Of a stretch of DNA of 64,000 nt, positions 13,068 to 27,272 are shown one piece after another (positions within the stretch are counted from its first letter, which is position 1; every line of letters starts with the position of its first letter). The translations under genes were made by a program, and so were the position numbers. The notes beneath the pieces were generated by a model, which ran no database searches, was not told where the DNA came from, and was given only the letters and a program-made list of their open reading frames with translations. Origin of the DNA: Dimorphilus gyrociliatus (taxonomy: Eukaryota > Animalia > Annelida); contig CAJFCJ010000012.1 in NCBI GenBank assembly GCA_904063045.1, positions 124,001 to 188,000 of the forward strand, in the 5' to 3' direction.

Positions 13068-13330
13068 TCTCTCTCTCTCTCTCTTTCAACTTTCGCTCCC
13101 TCCAAATCCTTACGGTTTATTTCTCCTACTCTTGACAGTGTGTTGTCTCCATTATCTATCTATATTTTTTTTCTCAGCTCTCCCCTATTTCCTTGCCCTT
13201 CCTGCTACCTCCTCTATTTCTGAGCTCTCTCTCTCTCTCTCTCTCTCTGTCTCACTCTCGCTCTGTCTATCTTGCCCTATTTTTCTCTTACTCTCTTTTT
13301 TCCAGCTTCCTTTCCTTTTAAATATAAATG
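13068..13330. repeat. (CT)n microsatellites (13068-13084, 13225-13248) in a pyrimidine-rich tract
   Basis: Read directly; explains the low-complexity ORFs at 12875-13467. Confidence 0.9.
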
Positions 13331-16300
13331 TTAAGTACCAGTCCTATTCATATGTGATTCTTTTATTCCCCATAAAAGAATCAAAGAAAAATGTAAACAT
13401 TTCTTTGGAATTATTATTATATGAGCAATATTTTGTAGTTAATAGTATTTATACATATATTTATTAACATTTCAAAGATTTCTCTACCGGATAATCTAAA
13501 AAAATTAATACCTGCACTACTCCCTTTTAGGGAGATTTGTTTATATATTTCCTTAATTATTAAATTGTGATCATGCATTAAAATAATGTAAATTACAACT
13601 ACATAAAGAAATAATTGATTTAATTAAGCAGAGGTCGGCATAAATTAAACTACTAAAGCTGTAGTTAATTTGTCAATTTCTTATAATGTCCATGGCTCCT
13701 GCATATGAAATTTTTAGTATATAAATAAAATATACAGTATATACTGTCTTTAGAAGTAATAATTCAAAATCTCAGCCAGAACCATATGAAAAAATTATAA
13801 GAACTTATGGAGAGACAGCAAGTATCTCTCTGATGCGTAAAAAAAGACAAGAGTTAAGCATTTTGCATAAAATTTGTTGGTTCCATCATGTTTAGTTATT
13901 TGGTTATCTCCATAACAAATTGATAGTACATATGGTTTCGCAGCCTTACAACTTAAGTGACGTTGCGCTTTATTAGGACACTATTTTGTTGACATGATGT
14001 TGAGTAATTTGTATAAATCAAACTAAGAACTCTCTATTATATGCATTCAATATATATAGAAGCTTCGCTCTCTGCACGAAATATTTCAAGCAATTCTTTT
14101 AATAGCTTCCTTACTACGTCATTTAAAGAGAGAGGAGACAGGAGTTGTTAAAAAATGTTTCCCAGTTTGGTTTTAACTATTGATTTATTACGAGTAGTTT
14201 ATATTTTACGCTGTCCTCAACGAAAATGGGATACTGCAAAGGTATTTTTTAACGGACTTTTAAGACTACTGGATTCAAGCTTCTCTAATTTATCAGTACA
14301 GTCGGACAGTTAATAGTATTATATTTAATTAAACCCATTTGTTCGGAAATAAGCTACTTTTTTCGCTTAATCAAACGATCAATAGTTTAATATGTGATAT
14401 AAAAACGGTTATCTTTTAATTCAGTGTTGATTCTATTCAATTATAGCGAAATATAGGTTTTAAAACGTTAATTAATATGAGAAAGAAACAGGAAATCGAC
14501 AGTAAAATTCATGATCAAATAAAATAATTGACTTGCCTCAAGCATCCGCCCTGACATTTCCTTCATATATAGTTCCTCCTTCCTATTCTTTAATTACTTT
14601 CTTTCAGTTCATTTCCGTGTACTACAATTAAAAGTGTCTCATTTATACGATGGGAAAACTGACGCATATTAAGTTAGAAAAATAATGTTTAGAAGGAAAG
14701 TAGAATGGTGACATTCATCATTTTTAGAAAATATTCTAGGATAGGGGGCTTTGTAGTATAGATGTCAAAACTATCCAACACGAGAAAATGAAGCAAAGAA
14801 TATGTTATATAACATCTACAAAAAAGTTTTTATATTAATTGCCTTATAAGTTTGGAAATGATCATAATTGACATCTATATTAAAAATTTAATCGTTTAGC
14901 TTTTAGCCTTCAGGTTAAATGGAAATTTTAATAACTTTATCGAGAAAAATAATAATACTTGGTATAAATAGCTGAATAAAAGCATTTTCTCCAATAATGA
15001 CATTTTACTTGCTTCATAGAATAGTTTTTTCTTTCCTAATTGGTGCACTTTTTTGTAATCCTTAGGAAATTTTTCTTCACCACCAATAAGAAATTCAATT
15101 ATTCTAATTTGCAATACTAGATTTCCTTAAATTCAGTTTCAGACATTAAGTTAATAACTTTTAATGATTATGAGTTAAGCGGTTCACTTAATTTTTATTT
15201 ATAGTTTTAGGGAAAATTTAGATCTATAAGTTATTTAGATGAGAAATCTTCTGGAATAATATGAATATGTACAATACCAATCTTTATTTATAAACTAAAT
15301 TAAGAAGATGTTTAATTCAACTTAGAAAAAAAAAGCAACCTGCAATTGACAACAGCAGGTTCTTTATAATCAAATATGATGGAAATTATAGCAAAATGCA
15401 CTATAATTTTTATATGAAGCTTTGGAAAAAAGTTATTAATAGATTCTAATTTCAATATATCTATATATCCATTTTCAATTGTATACAGTATTAAAATATC
15501 TATATATTACTGATCTTTCAATATCTCTCCCTCCCCCCGTCATTCCCCATTTTCAGCAATATCATCTGACAGTTTTATGTTCAGCTATATGCCTGTTTTA
15601 AGAGAAAATTATATTATTTTAATAGAAATAGAAGACTTAAAAATGAAGCTGATTCCTTTCCAAGTGCCAGGAAATCTTACCCGGGTATATGAAGTATTTT
15701 ATTATATGATCAAGCTTAAATATTTATCATGATTCATCAGATTTTCCAGCGACTCAAAATTTAAGGAAGAGTAAATATATACCATTGACTGATTAGGCAA
15801 CTCTGAAAAGCATTAGAAAAGCCATTACACACATATAAATTTATATGTATATATATAAATAAATACACATATATATATATATATAAATATCGTGTATATT
15901 CTTCATATTGGTTTATAAACTACCCCTGAAGACCGACAAATAAAATATATTAATATTTTAGATATTTTTTAACTTATTCTCATGTGACATTCACCATATC
16001 AAAGATAACAAAGAAGTTAATCTGTTAAAAAAAAGGACTACATCAAAGATGACAGCCTCTACTTAATTGAAAGAGAAGATTAGCATTGAAAGTAAGATAT
16101 CTGGAAAAATGGAAAACCTCTGCCAATATCAAATTGCTTTTGGATTTAAATTTAAAAAAGAGCAAAGAAAAGAAATCTACTTCACCGTATCCCAAATAAA
16201 ATAAGTATTAATTTATTAATGTAATAATAATTTATAAATATTATAATTGTTAGAATAGATTAAATTAAACCTTATATCTCATTAGAAGATACGCCAGCGG

Positions 16301-19138
16301 AATAGTTAATTGACAGATATAGTCTGATTTATTGGTAAAAATCAAAAAAAACTCTCCACAAATAAGCATTATGTTTTATCAAGCTTTTCTCATAAAAATT
16401 TCTTCAAAAGAGGATAAATAGAATTGATAAGGTACTCTTCTAACACTGTATATAGCGAGTAAATCATACACACAACTATAAGTATGTATATAGCACATAT
16501 GTCAAATACTCTCATCGCTCCAATAAGATTTGATTGTTGTCAGGTTCATCTAGTGAAGAGCGAGTAACAACACGATGATGATTTTTATTTGAAACTATTA
16601 GGAGAGATAGATAGAATGAATATATGTTGTAAAATATTGATTTTGCATTTGGGTATTATGTTAACCTAGATATTTGTATGTTTTCCTTATATACAATATC
16701 AGTATTGAAATGACAAAATTTAAACTATACAAAAAGAGGAAATTCTAATTGAAAGTGGCAGAAATTTCTGGTACTTTTCCGGCCTTAATTCGTCTATTCT
16801 AGCGTGTGTAGAAAGATTCTTTTTTTTGCCTTTGTCGATTCACAATACGTTCTTCGAAGTTATATCGATTTATTTGGGTGCTCTTAGGCAAAACCTCAAT
16901 CATTTCTTTGTATTTTTTTTACTTGTAAATGGCTACTTTATGGGTACTTACGCTTAAAGGCCATCGATTCCTTTTTTGTTATTTCCACCCAAATTTTCTC
17001 TTTTTATCATCAAATAGAGCTTTAGTTTTGAATTCAACATGGATAAATCAACAGCTGTTATTTTTATAGCCTTTTAAGTTGTTTCTTCAACCATTTAATT
17101 ATCAATTCTATTAAAAAAGCACATTAGATATTTAAATATCTTAAGATCAAAAGATTTTTAGAATAAATAAAGTAAAATAACGTAAAAGTCATACAAAAAT
17201 AACTTATTCCTTACTCTATGGATAATCTAGAAGGTCGACTCTTACGGCTGGTGAATTCCCAAATTACTCCTATGAATAACCCTACTATTAACAGTGACTT
17301 GATTTTCTTTTTACTACAAAATAAATTATACGTAAGTTTTTTTAATCATTAAAATCGGTTAAGTAAAGAGAAAATTTTAAAAATTAACCTATACAAAGGT
17401 TAAAGGTTATAGGACTTTCCTGTCTTATCGAGCGAAAGTATTTTCGCTCTAATATTATTTCTTCTTCTTCCTTACATTGACAAAAATATTTAAAATTAAG
17501 TCTATCTTACACGTAGCTAAATATTTAACAAAATTAGACATGTAAGTATAAGGATATCATTAAAAAAAGAAGACTAAAGAATACATTATACAGTATACTC
17601 AGTCGGTCTACCCTTTATCTTCCGGGTAAGATGAATTTAAAAAATTTTTAACCCTAACAATTCTGTGAAGGAATAATTGTAAAGAATTTTTTCTATCTAT
17701 CTATTTATGTTCAACTATCAATTTACATGTTCTTAAAATGCCTAACAAACCCCAATTCGATTCTCAAAGACTTTAAATTGAAAAATTTACACCAGCACGT
17801 ATATGATGAGAGTACAGATAGGCTGCATCTTTCTAAAATAATATTTATTAAGTTATAGATTACTAGTATTCTCTTCTCCATCAATTTGGCATTTTATATA
17901 TTCCAAATTTTAGCTTTCACATGACAAGACACTAGAGAATTTTCAGCCTATTATATAAATACTACTAGCCTTTTCTATTAATGTTTCAAGGAAAAAGTGA
18001 TGTAAAATATATAGAGCTATTTCTACCTTGACATCAAATGCAAGGAAACTCGGTTTTGCATGGTGAAAGATATCAGATAGATTAATTTTTTATTCTTTAC
18101 TGTCATATGGACCACTAATCAATGCATCTCTCTTATTAATCTGGTCTACAAAGGGAGGAAAGGAAGTTATTATGAATATTTTTGGATTTTAGACGACTAA
18201 ATCATAAAGAAAACGTTCATCAGAAGAACATGCTTTACTATTAAAAGAACTATGTACGGATTGACCAGCATAAAGGAAATTTCTGCATGAAAATACAAAG
18301 ATCCTATACTATTTATATAAATATCATCTGCATTGCAGTCAGTATATTTTCTTTGTATTTAGTAAACTTTTAAGTTAGGTAATTAGTTAAATGTGTAGTT
18401 TATGCTTATACAGTATTAATATACAGTATATACGTCATCAGCCATTATTTTTTATTCAGCTGCTTTTACGACAGAGTCAATGTGATTTCTGTTAAAGGTT
18501 TAGTTTAGTCTTTAGTCTTTTGAGTAAATTTAACAAAAACTACGTACATCTATGTCTGTATTGAAAAGTCCATATAAAAGTATGTGATATTTCGCAAAGA
18601 ATACAATTGTACAGAGACGTATATCAACCAAAACATGCTCTAGTAAATTGTACAGTAAAGGTTAAAAGTAAAACGATTTTCCGTTTATGGAAAATTGGTC
18701 GGCTCTCTCTTAAAGTTCAGTCTATTATTCAAAACATTTATTCTTGCTTTGATAGAGTGGAAACCGATTTTCCTTGGTGATATTAAAATAATTACATATA
18801 CAATAAATATATTTTGCTTTTGTTTGCAATGTATAGTTTCGATTTTTTCCTATTTCTTCACTTTATAAAATCTATTAATTAAATAAGATCAATGCAACAA
18901 TTACAGTTTTATATTGAATTAGCTTATGAAAATTAATAGATATATCGTTCTAGATTATTTTCTTCCTGCTTTATAAAAGAGGAGTTTAAGTTTGGAAAGG
19001 CCCTTTGAGTTAAATCACTTTGTCGTGACCACTTTTGGCCTATGCATATATATATATACTATTATATCCATACTTTTATAGTTGGCCGAATCTTATTTCG
19101 TATGCAGTCTTATCGCTTGTACTCTTTTTATATGTATT

Positions 19139-21215
19139 ATGGATTGGAATAGCATAGATATACCTTGGAGCGGTGAAACTCGTAAACTGTGCCAATTACT
19201 TGAAACTAAAGAGCCACCTTTTATTGCTCGCGTTGCTCTAAGTAATATAGGATCGTTTAATGCCGGCTATGGACCAAATACTCAACTTCCAATAGTCTTC
19301 TATAAATCAAGAAAAAGAACACATTTTATAGGTAAAAGTGAATATTATCTAAAGAAATATAACAAAGCGTATTTTCATAAGGAATGTTAAACTTTGAAAA
19401 GAATGATTACTATAGTATTGTTTGTGCTGCTTTAAGCTTTGTATCTATTTGTTCTTATGTAGGTTACGAAGGCTTAATAGGCCTAATACTTAAGTAAAGA
19501 CTAATTTTGACATCCTTTTATAAAAAATACTTAAAAATATACGTACAGTATATCTTTCTAAACTCTAGCCTTCAATTAGAATATTTAGTGTTTTTGTATA
19601 ATTGCCCAACGTAAATGGAAGACTTAAATTAATAAAATTTATTATTCTATTTAATAAGATTTATAGATTATATTTAGTACAAAAAATATAGTAACCGGAG
19701 GAGAATTAAGAATTTCAATATTCTATATAAAATTCTTTAAAAATAAAGGTAAACCTTTAAAATGCCGTGGCAGAAAAAAAGAGTATTATGAATTTTCACT
19801 TGATTGCTCTGGTTAGTTATTTTTGTTTTAAATAACTGCGGCAAATAATTTCAAATTATTTAAACATCTCAGATTGGTACAAAATTATGCATACGTCAAT
19901 GGATATGACACCTTCATACTCATCTTGCTATGATGTGCATCAAGACAAAAAAAATTCACTATTTCTTCTTCGTAGTTCTTGTTGCGGTTATAAACAATCT
20001 GGAAATCAGTTAGAAGAGCTAACGCTACCAGCTGGAATTTTGTTAAAAAAGTCTAATGTAACAACCTTACAACTATTGAATTGCGTAATTCGCAGGAGAG
20101 ATTCTCAAAGCAATTCAATGGACAACATGCAAGTAAATTCAGTTAATATTATTTGTTTTCCTCATTTAAATATTTATCCCTTTCTGTAGTTTTTAACTTT
20201 TACGCACTCTTCTGGGAATGACATATATACGGTCTATATTAGTTTTGATGATCCTTGTAAGATGACCCCTGCCCCAGGAAAAACTAATCATCCATCTGTT
20301 GGGGCTGCCTATCGGCTATTACAGATTAGGGATGCTAACTTGCCCCTTAATATTCGATGCGTATACGGCAGAGCCCCTGTGAATAAGCATCTGAGTGAAA
20401 CCACACGTGTCTATGAACTAACGAAAAAAAAAAAAACGTATAATATTACATCTTTCCTATTTTCTGAACAAGGAATATATATTATGGACATTCCAGTAGA
20501 CATTAACATTCTATTTGAAATACCGGAAAATGACGATTATAAAAGATCTTCACAATTTTTAGCTTTTATTAAATTTATTCCGGGATTATCTTCGAATTAT
20601 AAAAAAAAGGTAAAGCCGATCGAAATCCCCTATAAAAGGAATAGCAGCTTTCCATTTTCAAAACGAGGACTTCTTTGTGCAGCTACTCATATTGCTGAGG
20701 TAGGAATACATCGTTCACTCTTATAATCAATGCTTCAATAGTTTGTCTAATATGCACAGATAACTACCCCCATTTGTAGACCAGAATGCGATATTGCGGA
20801 AGACATCAATGAAAAAGAACAGATAAGGCAAAACAGATACCGAGCATCTGTAGTGGTCAAGAATACAATTTCAACCGGTAGTCACAATTCAGCCACAGGC
20901 CATGTAAATCATTTACTCGAATGGCTTGAAAGATACGAGAATGATCATTATGACTCCAATGAAAATATTTACACTGCCCTGGAAAAAAGTAGTATAGATA
21001 AAGACTATTACAATAGCCAAGCAATAAACAAGCAAAACGCTCTATATTCAAAACGTCAATTGCAAAATGAAACATTTCGGGACCTATCACATCAGGGTAT
21101 TGAAAATACTACGTCTTCAATAGAAGATATTTTATATAACGATTCAATATATGATAATAATAGTAGTCTAGCCTCATCTTATATATCAGATCTTGATAAA
21201 GACGTTTATAATTAA
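19139..21215 (+). CDS. CABIT-domain protein (Serrano/THEMIS/GAREM-like), 5 exons
   Basis: Exons (+): 19139-19331, 19749(or 19691)-19811, 19873-20132, 20190-20699, 20760-21215; all GT-AG and phase-compatible. Motifs WSGETRKLCQLL..PFIARV..QLPIVFYK, EFSLDCSDWYKI and YRLLQI..NLPLNIRCVYG..IPVDINI resemble invertebrate CABIT proteins (family call from recall). Low-complexity acidic C-terminal tail. Confidence 0.72.
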
Positions 21216-22102
21216 TGAATTAAAAAACTCTTAATTGTGTCTGCTAGCATAGATTACCGTACAGTTGTGATAAATCAACATAAACTGTAATGACTATTAT
21301 ATTATAAAAAATATTAATATATCAATGTATACACATACTATATTTATAGATGTGCTATTACGACAATAAAACAATTAAAAACCAAACTACGTAATTCTCT
21401 TACACAATAATTTTTATATTTAGAAAAGTTGAAAACAAATGTTTTCAAATCCTTTGTTTATCTAATAGAAAACATTTAAGAATAAAGAAGGAAATCTTAT
21501 CTGATTGTTATTACAAACTTGTCCCAAGTTTATTATTTAACTGAAAATGCGTAATTTAATAAATAACCCAGGATTAATTGATTATTCACAATCATTTTCC
21601 AAAAAACATAGTCTATTTTTAACCTAAAGCATTGTTACTAAATAATTATATTTAGCTACAATCTAAAAATAGAATTTATTAATATTCATATATTCCTAAA
21701 AATTTAGATATGTTTATGAATATTTAAATTTTTTGAATAGAAGATAAAAACAAGAGAACTTATTGCTGATTGTAATATCTATATGAGCAAGAGTCAATAA
21801 AAGATTTTTGCGAAAAAAGGAAAGAATGTATGAATGATATTTCAGATATGAAGGAAAAAATTAAATAAAAACAGATAATGCTATGAAAAATAAATAAAAA
21901 GGAAAAAAGTCTGTAATATAATAGTTCATAAGTAATTAAAATATATTGTAAATTTCCATTGGCCTGTTATTTCCTATAAAAGAAGTAAAATATTAATAGT
22001 AGAACATCTTTCAACTTTAAAATAAAACTTTATACGTAAAAAGTCTATATAATTAAACTTTTTCTTTCTACGATATAACATTTTGCAGTTGAGAGAAGGA
22101 GA

Positions 22103-23116
22103 ATGATTCTAATTTACTCTTTCATAATCGTTCTTCTTATAAATCCAATGAAGAGCTTTCTACTTGATGTTGAAGATTGTAAGAATAAATATTATTATTT
22201 TTTTGTCTTTTTTCATATAAATTATAACATTCCTTCCTATGTTTTCCAAGTTTTTTGTTTTTTATCATTTAGATCAATGTGATAAGTTCGCTGAAGATAT
22301 TGTACGGCTTGTACGTCAAGATAGGAATATTGTAAATAACCAACAGGAAGATTGGATTCAATTCTTTAAATTAAAAAGACACACCTCGTCTTTTAAAACT
22401 CGAATTTGCTCCATAATTCTTTCCATATGCGATGCTTGTATTTATTACAATATCTTTTCTTATGATATTGTTATAAACTATTATCCTTGAAAGATAATTA
22501 TTTCTATATTATATTCTCTTTTCAATAGCTGAAGTGGTCGATGAGAAAAAGGAGGATGTTTTCAAGTACATTGCCTTTGAAAATTACTTAATGGAAGAAT
22601 ATCTTCACATTCTTAGTTGGACTGTTAGACAGTTTATTACATTTAAGAAGCGAGAGAAATTCTTCACTGAACTAAAAAGTATTAAAAAGCAAACTTATTA
22701 TCCAAAATTTCCGATTGCGGACGAAAAAAACTGGCCAATTATTAAAATGAAATTGACATCTCTATTGAATAACTATACATATTTCGAAGAAATGCAGTTT
22801 CCTAATAAAATAGGTGACCTCGAAGAAGCTTTTACAAGTTTGTTTTCAATTTTTCTAAGAGTCAAACGTATCTAATGTTAGACCTCTAGACCTATTTCCT
22901 TCATGTTTACTCTTCACAGGTAAGAGTCCCTCCGAAATCATGAAATGGACATCGTTTTATCTTGCTTTCCGCTACTGCGAAAAAGAAAATGCCGTCTATT
23001 CAAGAAAGCGTATTGGTTTGAATTTAGCTAAAAAAGTTATAAAATTCTCTCTTCAATGCAAAAACAAGAAGATATTTGATTTCACCTACAAAAAAATTAT
23101 GGAAATCTATAAATAG
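22103..23116 (+). CDS. Orphan secreted protein, tandem paralog A (248 aa, 4 exons)
   Basis: Exons 22103-22178, 22273-22437, 22529-22837, 22920-23116, with three phase-1 GT-AG introns. N-terminus MILIYSFIIVLLINPMKS is signal-like. Homologous exon by exon to paralog B. Confidence 0.75.
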
Positions 23117-24121
23117 ACAAAAAAATTATATCCATTTTACGTACGAAATAAGGTTTTTGTTTTTTTTTATATAGTTTCTTGCTTTTAGACAAAAAGGATA
23201 GGAACTTTAGTTAGATTGTTAGTTAGTTCTTTTGATTTGTACACTCTTTTCAATAAAATTATTATTTATTAAGATATTAAGTTTTGCAGCAAAAAGTAAA
23301 AAAAGGAAGATATCACGAACAGAATAATGATAGATGCTTCAAAAAATAGCTAAAATCCAAAATTTTTGCATCACTCTTTTATAAACATTATCTATGTTAA
23401 GCACAAACCATTTATTTTTTTTGTACATGAAATGTGCTTATCTTCTAATTACTATTGTTTGAAAATGATAGAAAATTGTTTGTATAATTGGCTATTTTAA
23501 GCCTAATTTGACAAATCGGTACTTTTTCGACATTCTACAGAAGTTAGGGCTTCAGTAACATTATGAAAGTTCCTTTGATATTGCTATTCATCCTTTGCCC
23601 AGTTGTCTATACCGATCAGTTTAAGCAATTTGAAAGTAAGTATATCAAAATAGCTTACAGGCATAATGTGTCATATAATAATATTTCATGTCAAAATAAA
23701 TATGCATATACTAATATATTTAAATATACAGTACAATAATTACTTATCTTTTTGCGTAAGATCACCATAGGTTTGCTATATTTAACCAGACATTTATCCT
23801 AATATGGACAAACAAATTTTTTCTGTTTATCTTCACAATTATATATTTACAGATTTGTTTTATATTGCCGTTTTTTATTTAGAATTCAACATATTAAGAG
23901 AATTTATCATACTTTTATTTGATTCGTTTTTAAATTTTCATAATCTTCTGGACTGTTACAGTCCTTTAGTATGTCAAAGAGATAAAACTCAGAAAGTACT
24001 AAATCAAAGTTGCAGTGAGGTTAGCGACTTAAGGGCCAATCCTATTTTATGATGAAATCAGTTATTACGTGTGAGGTTGCGTGGTCTAGAATGACTATGT
24101 AGAAGACGAAAAATCTTTTTC

Positions 24122-25178
24122 ATGTTAAATTCGTCTCAATCTCGTCATCATCTCATTTTAGAATTTCTATATACCTGTCATATTTTGCTTCTTTTTAATA
24201 TAAGCGATAAGAGATCTTTTGATTGTAAAAATTTACCTAAACTACTAATTTTATTTAAGGAATATTATCAAATGATTAAAATTTTCCCGGTACACATCAT
24301 ATATATGTGACTTTAATACAATATATACCAACCATACAATATTACAATTATTTAAAAATTCTCTCAGCGGACTGTATCCTGATTGGCAAAGAATTATTCA
24401 GACTGACATTAAGAGATGGTAGTTTGAGAAATGAAAACTGGTTAATTGCTTTCAATCTTCATCCCTATAGCTCTGAAAAAGAGTTTATTAGAAGAACGTG
24501 CTTAGTTTTAAAGAAAATATGCATTGGTAAGAGAAAATTCTTTCCCTTTAGGTATAAACGAAAATATAACTGTCATGTTTTTATATATTTAGAAAACACA
24601 GCATCGAAAAGTCAAATTGAAAACTATACTAGATTATTAGGATATCTTTACAGCGAATATTTTGAGCATCTTAAAATTGGTAGAGCCATTCTCAACAAGA
24701 AGAGAATGGAATTTCTCGAAAGTTTACAATTAATTATAGAAAAGACAAATTTTCCCGTATATCCTCTTGCCGACGACAAACAATGGAATTCAATTAAAGA
24801 TGATGTCAGGTCATTATTGCACCATCATAAGTACTTTTTAGAGAATAGACATATAAACATGGAAGAGATAAAAGAAGCTTTTCAACGTTAGTATAACCTG
24901 CGCTTAAAATATTGTCTATATTAAATACTGTATAAATTATAATATAATATTATTACGCTTTGTCTTATTACATATTATGTTTTTATTCATAATTAGATCA
25001 AGATTCAAGTAAATTGGCGGAAATCAGATTGTTAGACATATTCAATATATTTGATGTGGCAAAAAATCACATGATAAGGAAATTAAATGGAGAAGATCTG
25101 ACAGCAGAGCTTGTGGATGTATCCTTAACGTGTACAAATGACGATGTTTCAACCTTCACCTTTCGTTTGATAGAATGA
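24122..25178 (+). CDS. Orphan probably secreted protein, tandem paralog B (245 aa, 4 exons)
   Basis: Exons 24122-24224, 24368-24526, 24593-24886, 24997-25178, with three phase-1 GT-AG introns at the same positions as in paralog A. Shared motif P..P[IL]AD.K.W..IK....SLL....YF.E. Confidence 0.75.
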
Positions 25179-25782
25179 AATTTAATATGAATAAATAGTT
25201 TTGCATATGATACATAATATACTAGCATGTATACGTATAAATTAGTATATATATAAATTTATATAAATAGAAAGGAAAAGAAGAGGGGGAGGGGAAAAAT
25301 TAATATATAAAAAGTATGAAATAACAACATGCAACCTGCCTTATATAGACTGCAGTATATATATATAGTATTCCGACGAATGCATCTTTATATTATTAAA
25401 TAAAGTATACTTTATTTGAATAATGTTAAAACGACGGTTTTTTTTGATTTATATATGAACCCTATCTTCCTTTCTAAAATACAATAGCACAATTACTTAA
25501 AATTTTTAATTATAATTCTTTTGTTGTCTACTTTATAGGCCTAATAAAAATATAAGAGTTTCCCATAAATAATTTTCCAATAGATATAAAGAACAAATTT
25601 TCTGCAAGAATACGATTTCTCTTCTATGTAAACTCTCATAAATCATAAAATATTAACACTAGTTAGTCTTACATTTAAAAATTCTTCTAATGCAATTAGT
25701 AATACAATTATAAGAAATATTAGCTAACAGATCGACTACTCGATGCTACATGGAGAAAATAAATATCACATATCAAAATATA

Positions 25783-25796
25783 CACCAGATGGCAGT
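25783..25796 (+). promoter_or_regulatory. CTCF-like motif CACCAGATGGCAGT upstream of hedgehog
   Basis: Near-perfect match to the CTCF core CC(A/G)(C/G)YAGRKGGCR; motif match only. Confidence 0.4.
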
Positions 25797-26459
25797 TTGT
25801 AAATGCAATAAGTAAAGAATAAAAGATTCTCTTATCAAAATGAATTATCTGACACAAAATTCAATGATCATGTCTAAATGAAAATTAATGATGAATTCTT
25901 GATTTTTCTTTTTGATGTAATACCGCCTGTAGTTAAAATTTCAATCAAAGACAGTATTTAAAGCGAACAATAAGGTTTTTCGATTGTAAAAAGGAGACAA
26001 CTCGTCATTGTAGTAATAATAAGTCAGATACTTTACTTCTGTAAAGAAGAAAGTTCAAATCTATTTTTCAGTAGAAATGTTTTTCATAAACAGTAAATAA
26101 GTTTTTTTTACGATCATTAAAATAAAAAGGATTACTTAAAAGTTCTATTTCAGAATCTGTTGAAATTCGAACAGTCGGAAGTGATTAGTCATGTTAGAGG
26201 AAAGAAGAAAAGAACTATGTTAAAATATTTAGATGTTTAAATAATAATTTATTATTTTCAATCGTATTTACATTTGATAACTGAGAAACTAGAATAATAT
26301 ACTTTATTGAAGAGAAAGATTACTGTTCAAAAATTCCATAAATTACTGCACGAAAGAATGTTCTTTATATGCTCTTTATCTGGTAGTACTTGTGTTAATA
26401 TAGTTTTTTAGTGTTAATCTCTTTCTTTCTAACCTTCCTTCTTGTTCTCTTTCATTGGT

Positions 26460-26460
26460 T

Positions 26461-26527
<67 letters not shown>
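26460..26527. repeat. Compound (TTTC)n(CT)n microsatellite upstream of hedgehog
   Basis: Read directly. Confidence 0.95.
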
Positions 26528-26533
<6 letters not shown>

Positions 26534-27272
26534 TGCTATGTTATTTCATATTAGTAGTCTTTTTAGAATTAAATTTATCTGCAGGTTACAAAAAGATTTC
26601 TTTTGTTTGATAAAAGTTCGAAACAAAGGCCCTTTCATCTAAAGATAATTGCTGCCTGTTTCGTTCAAAGTAGGAAATGATGGATAATTTCTTCAAGTAT
26701 ATTTAAAGGAACTTGGTAAAAATTTAAGTGGCTTTCTATGACACAATTAACCACTTCAATTGGGAAAGGTCAAGGTTGACTTTGTCGGTCAACAAAGGCT
26801 ATTCGTTTGGGTAATAAACAATTAAATAAACATAGTAAATTTGATTTGCGACGACGATTGTTTGCGGAAGTTCGCTGATAAGAACAATAAATATAAAACT
26901 AAATCAAAAGTCACAACGAAGATTTACCTAGGTAAAAGTCTCATATTTTCGACGAATGAGAAAAGTACGTAACTGTGAAAAAAAAAGCCTCATCAATATG
27001 CAAATATTTTTACCGGAAGTACAGCTAATTGGTCAGATTTTAACCAATCATCGTCGATCTAAATGTTCAAGTTGTTCAAAATAACTCCGTAAATCACGTC
27101 CAACGAAGAGAATTAAAATTTTCAGACCGTTCGGAATTTTTAATAAACAAATAAGAAAACGTGCTCTTCAATAGAAAGCGGTGAAAAAAGACGAACGCTT
27201 TGTTCAAGGCGAGGATTATTCTAATCTTTTTTGAATGGAGAGAGTTTTCGCTGGATTTATTTACTACCGATC

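Noticed and set aside
12875-13467. ORFs over the CT-rich tract (also 26442-26642)
   Set aside because: Open only because CT/GA microsatellites lack stop codons.
26810-27150. Three TAAACA forkhead-like motifs upstream of hedgehog
   Set aside because: Biologically plausible (FoxA-hh) but not clearly above background in AT-rich DNA.
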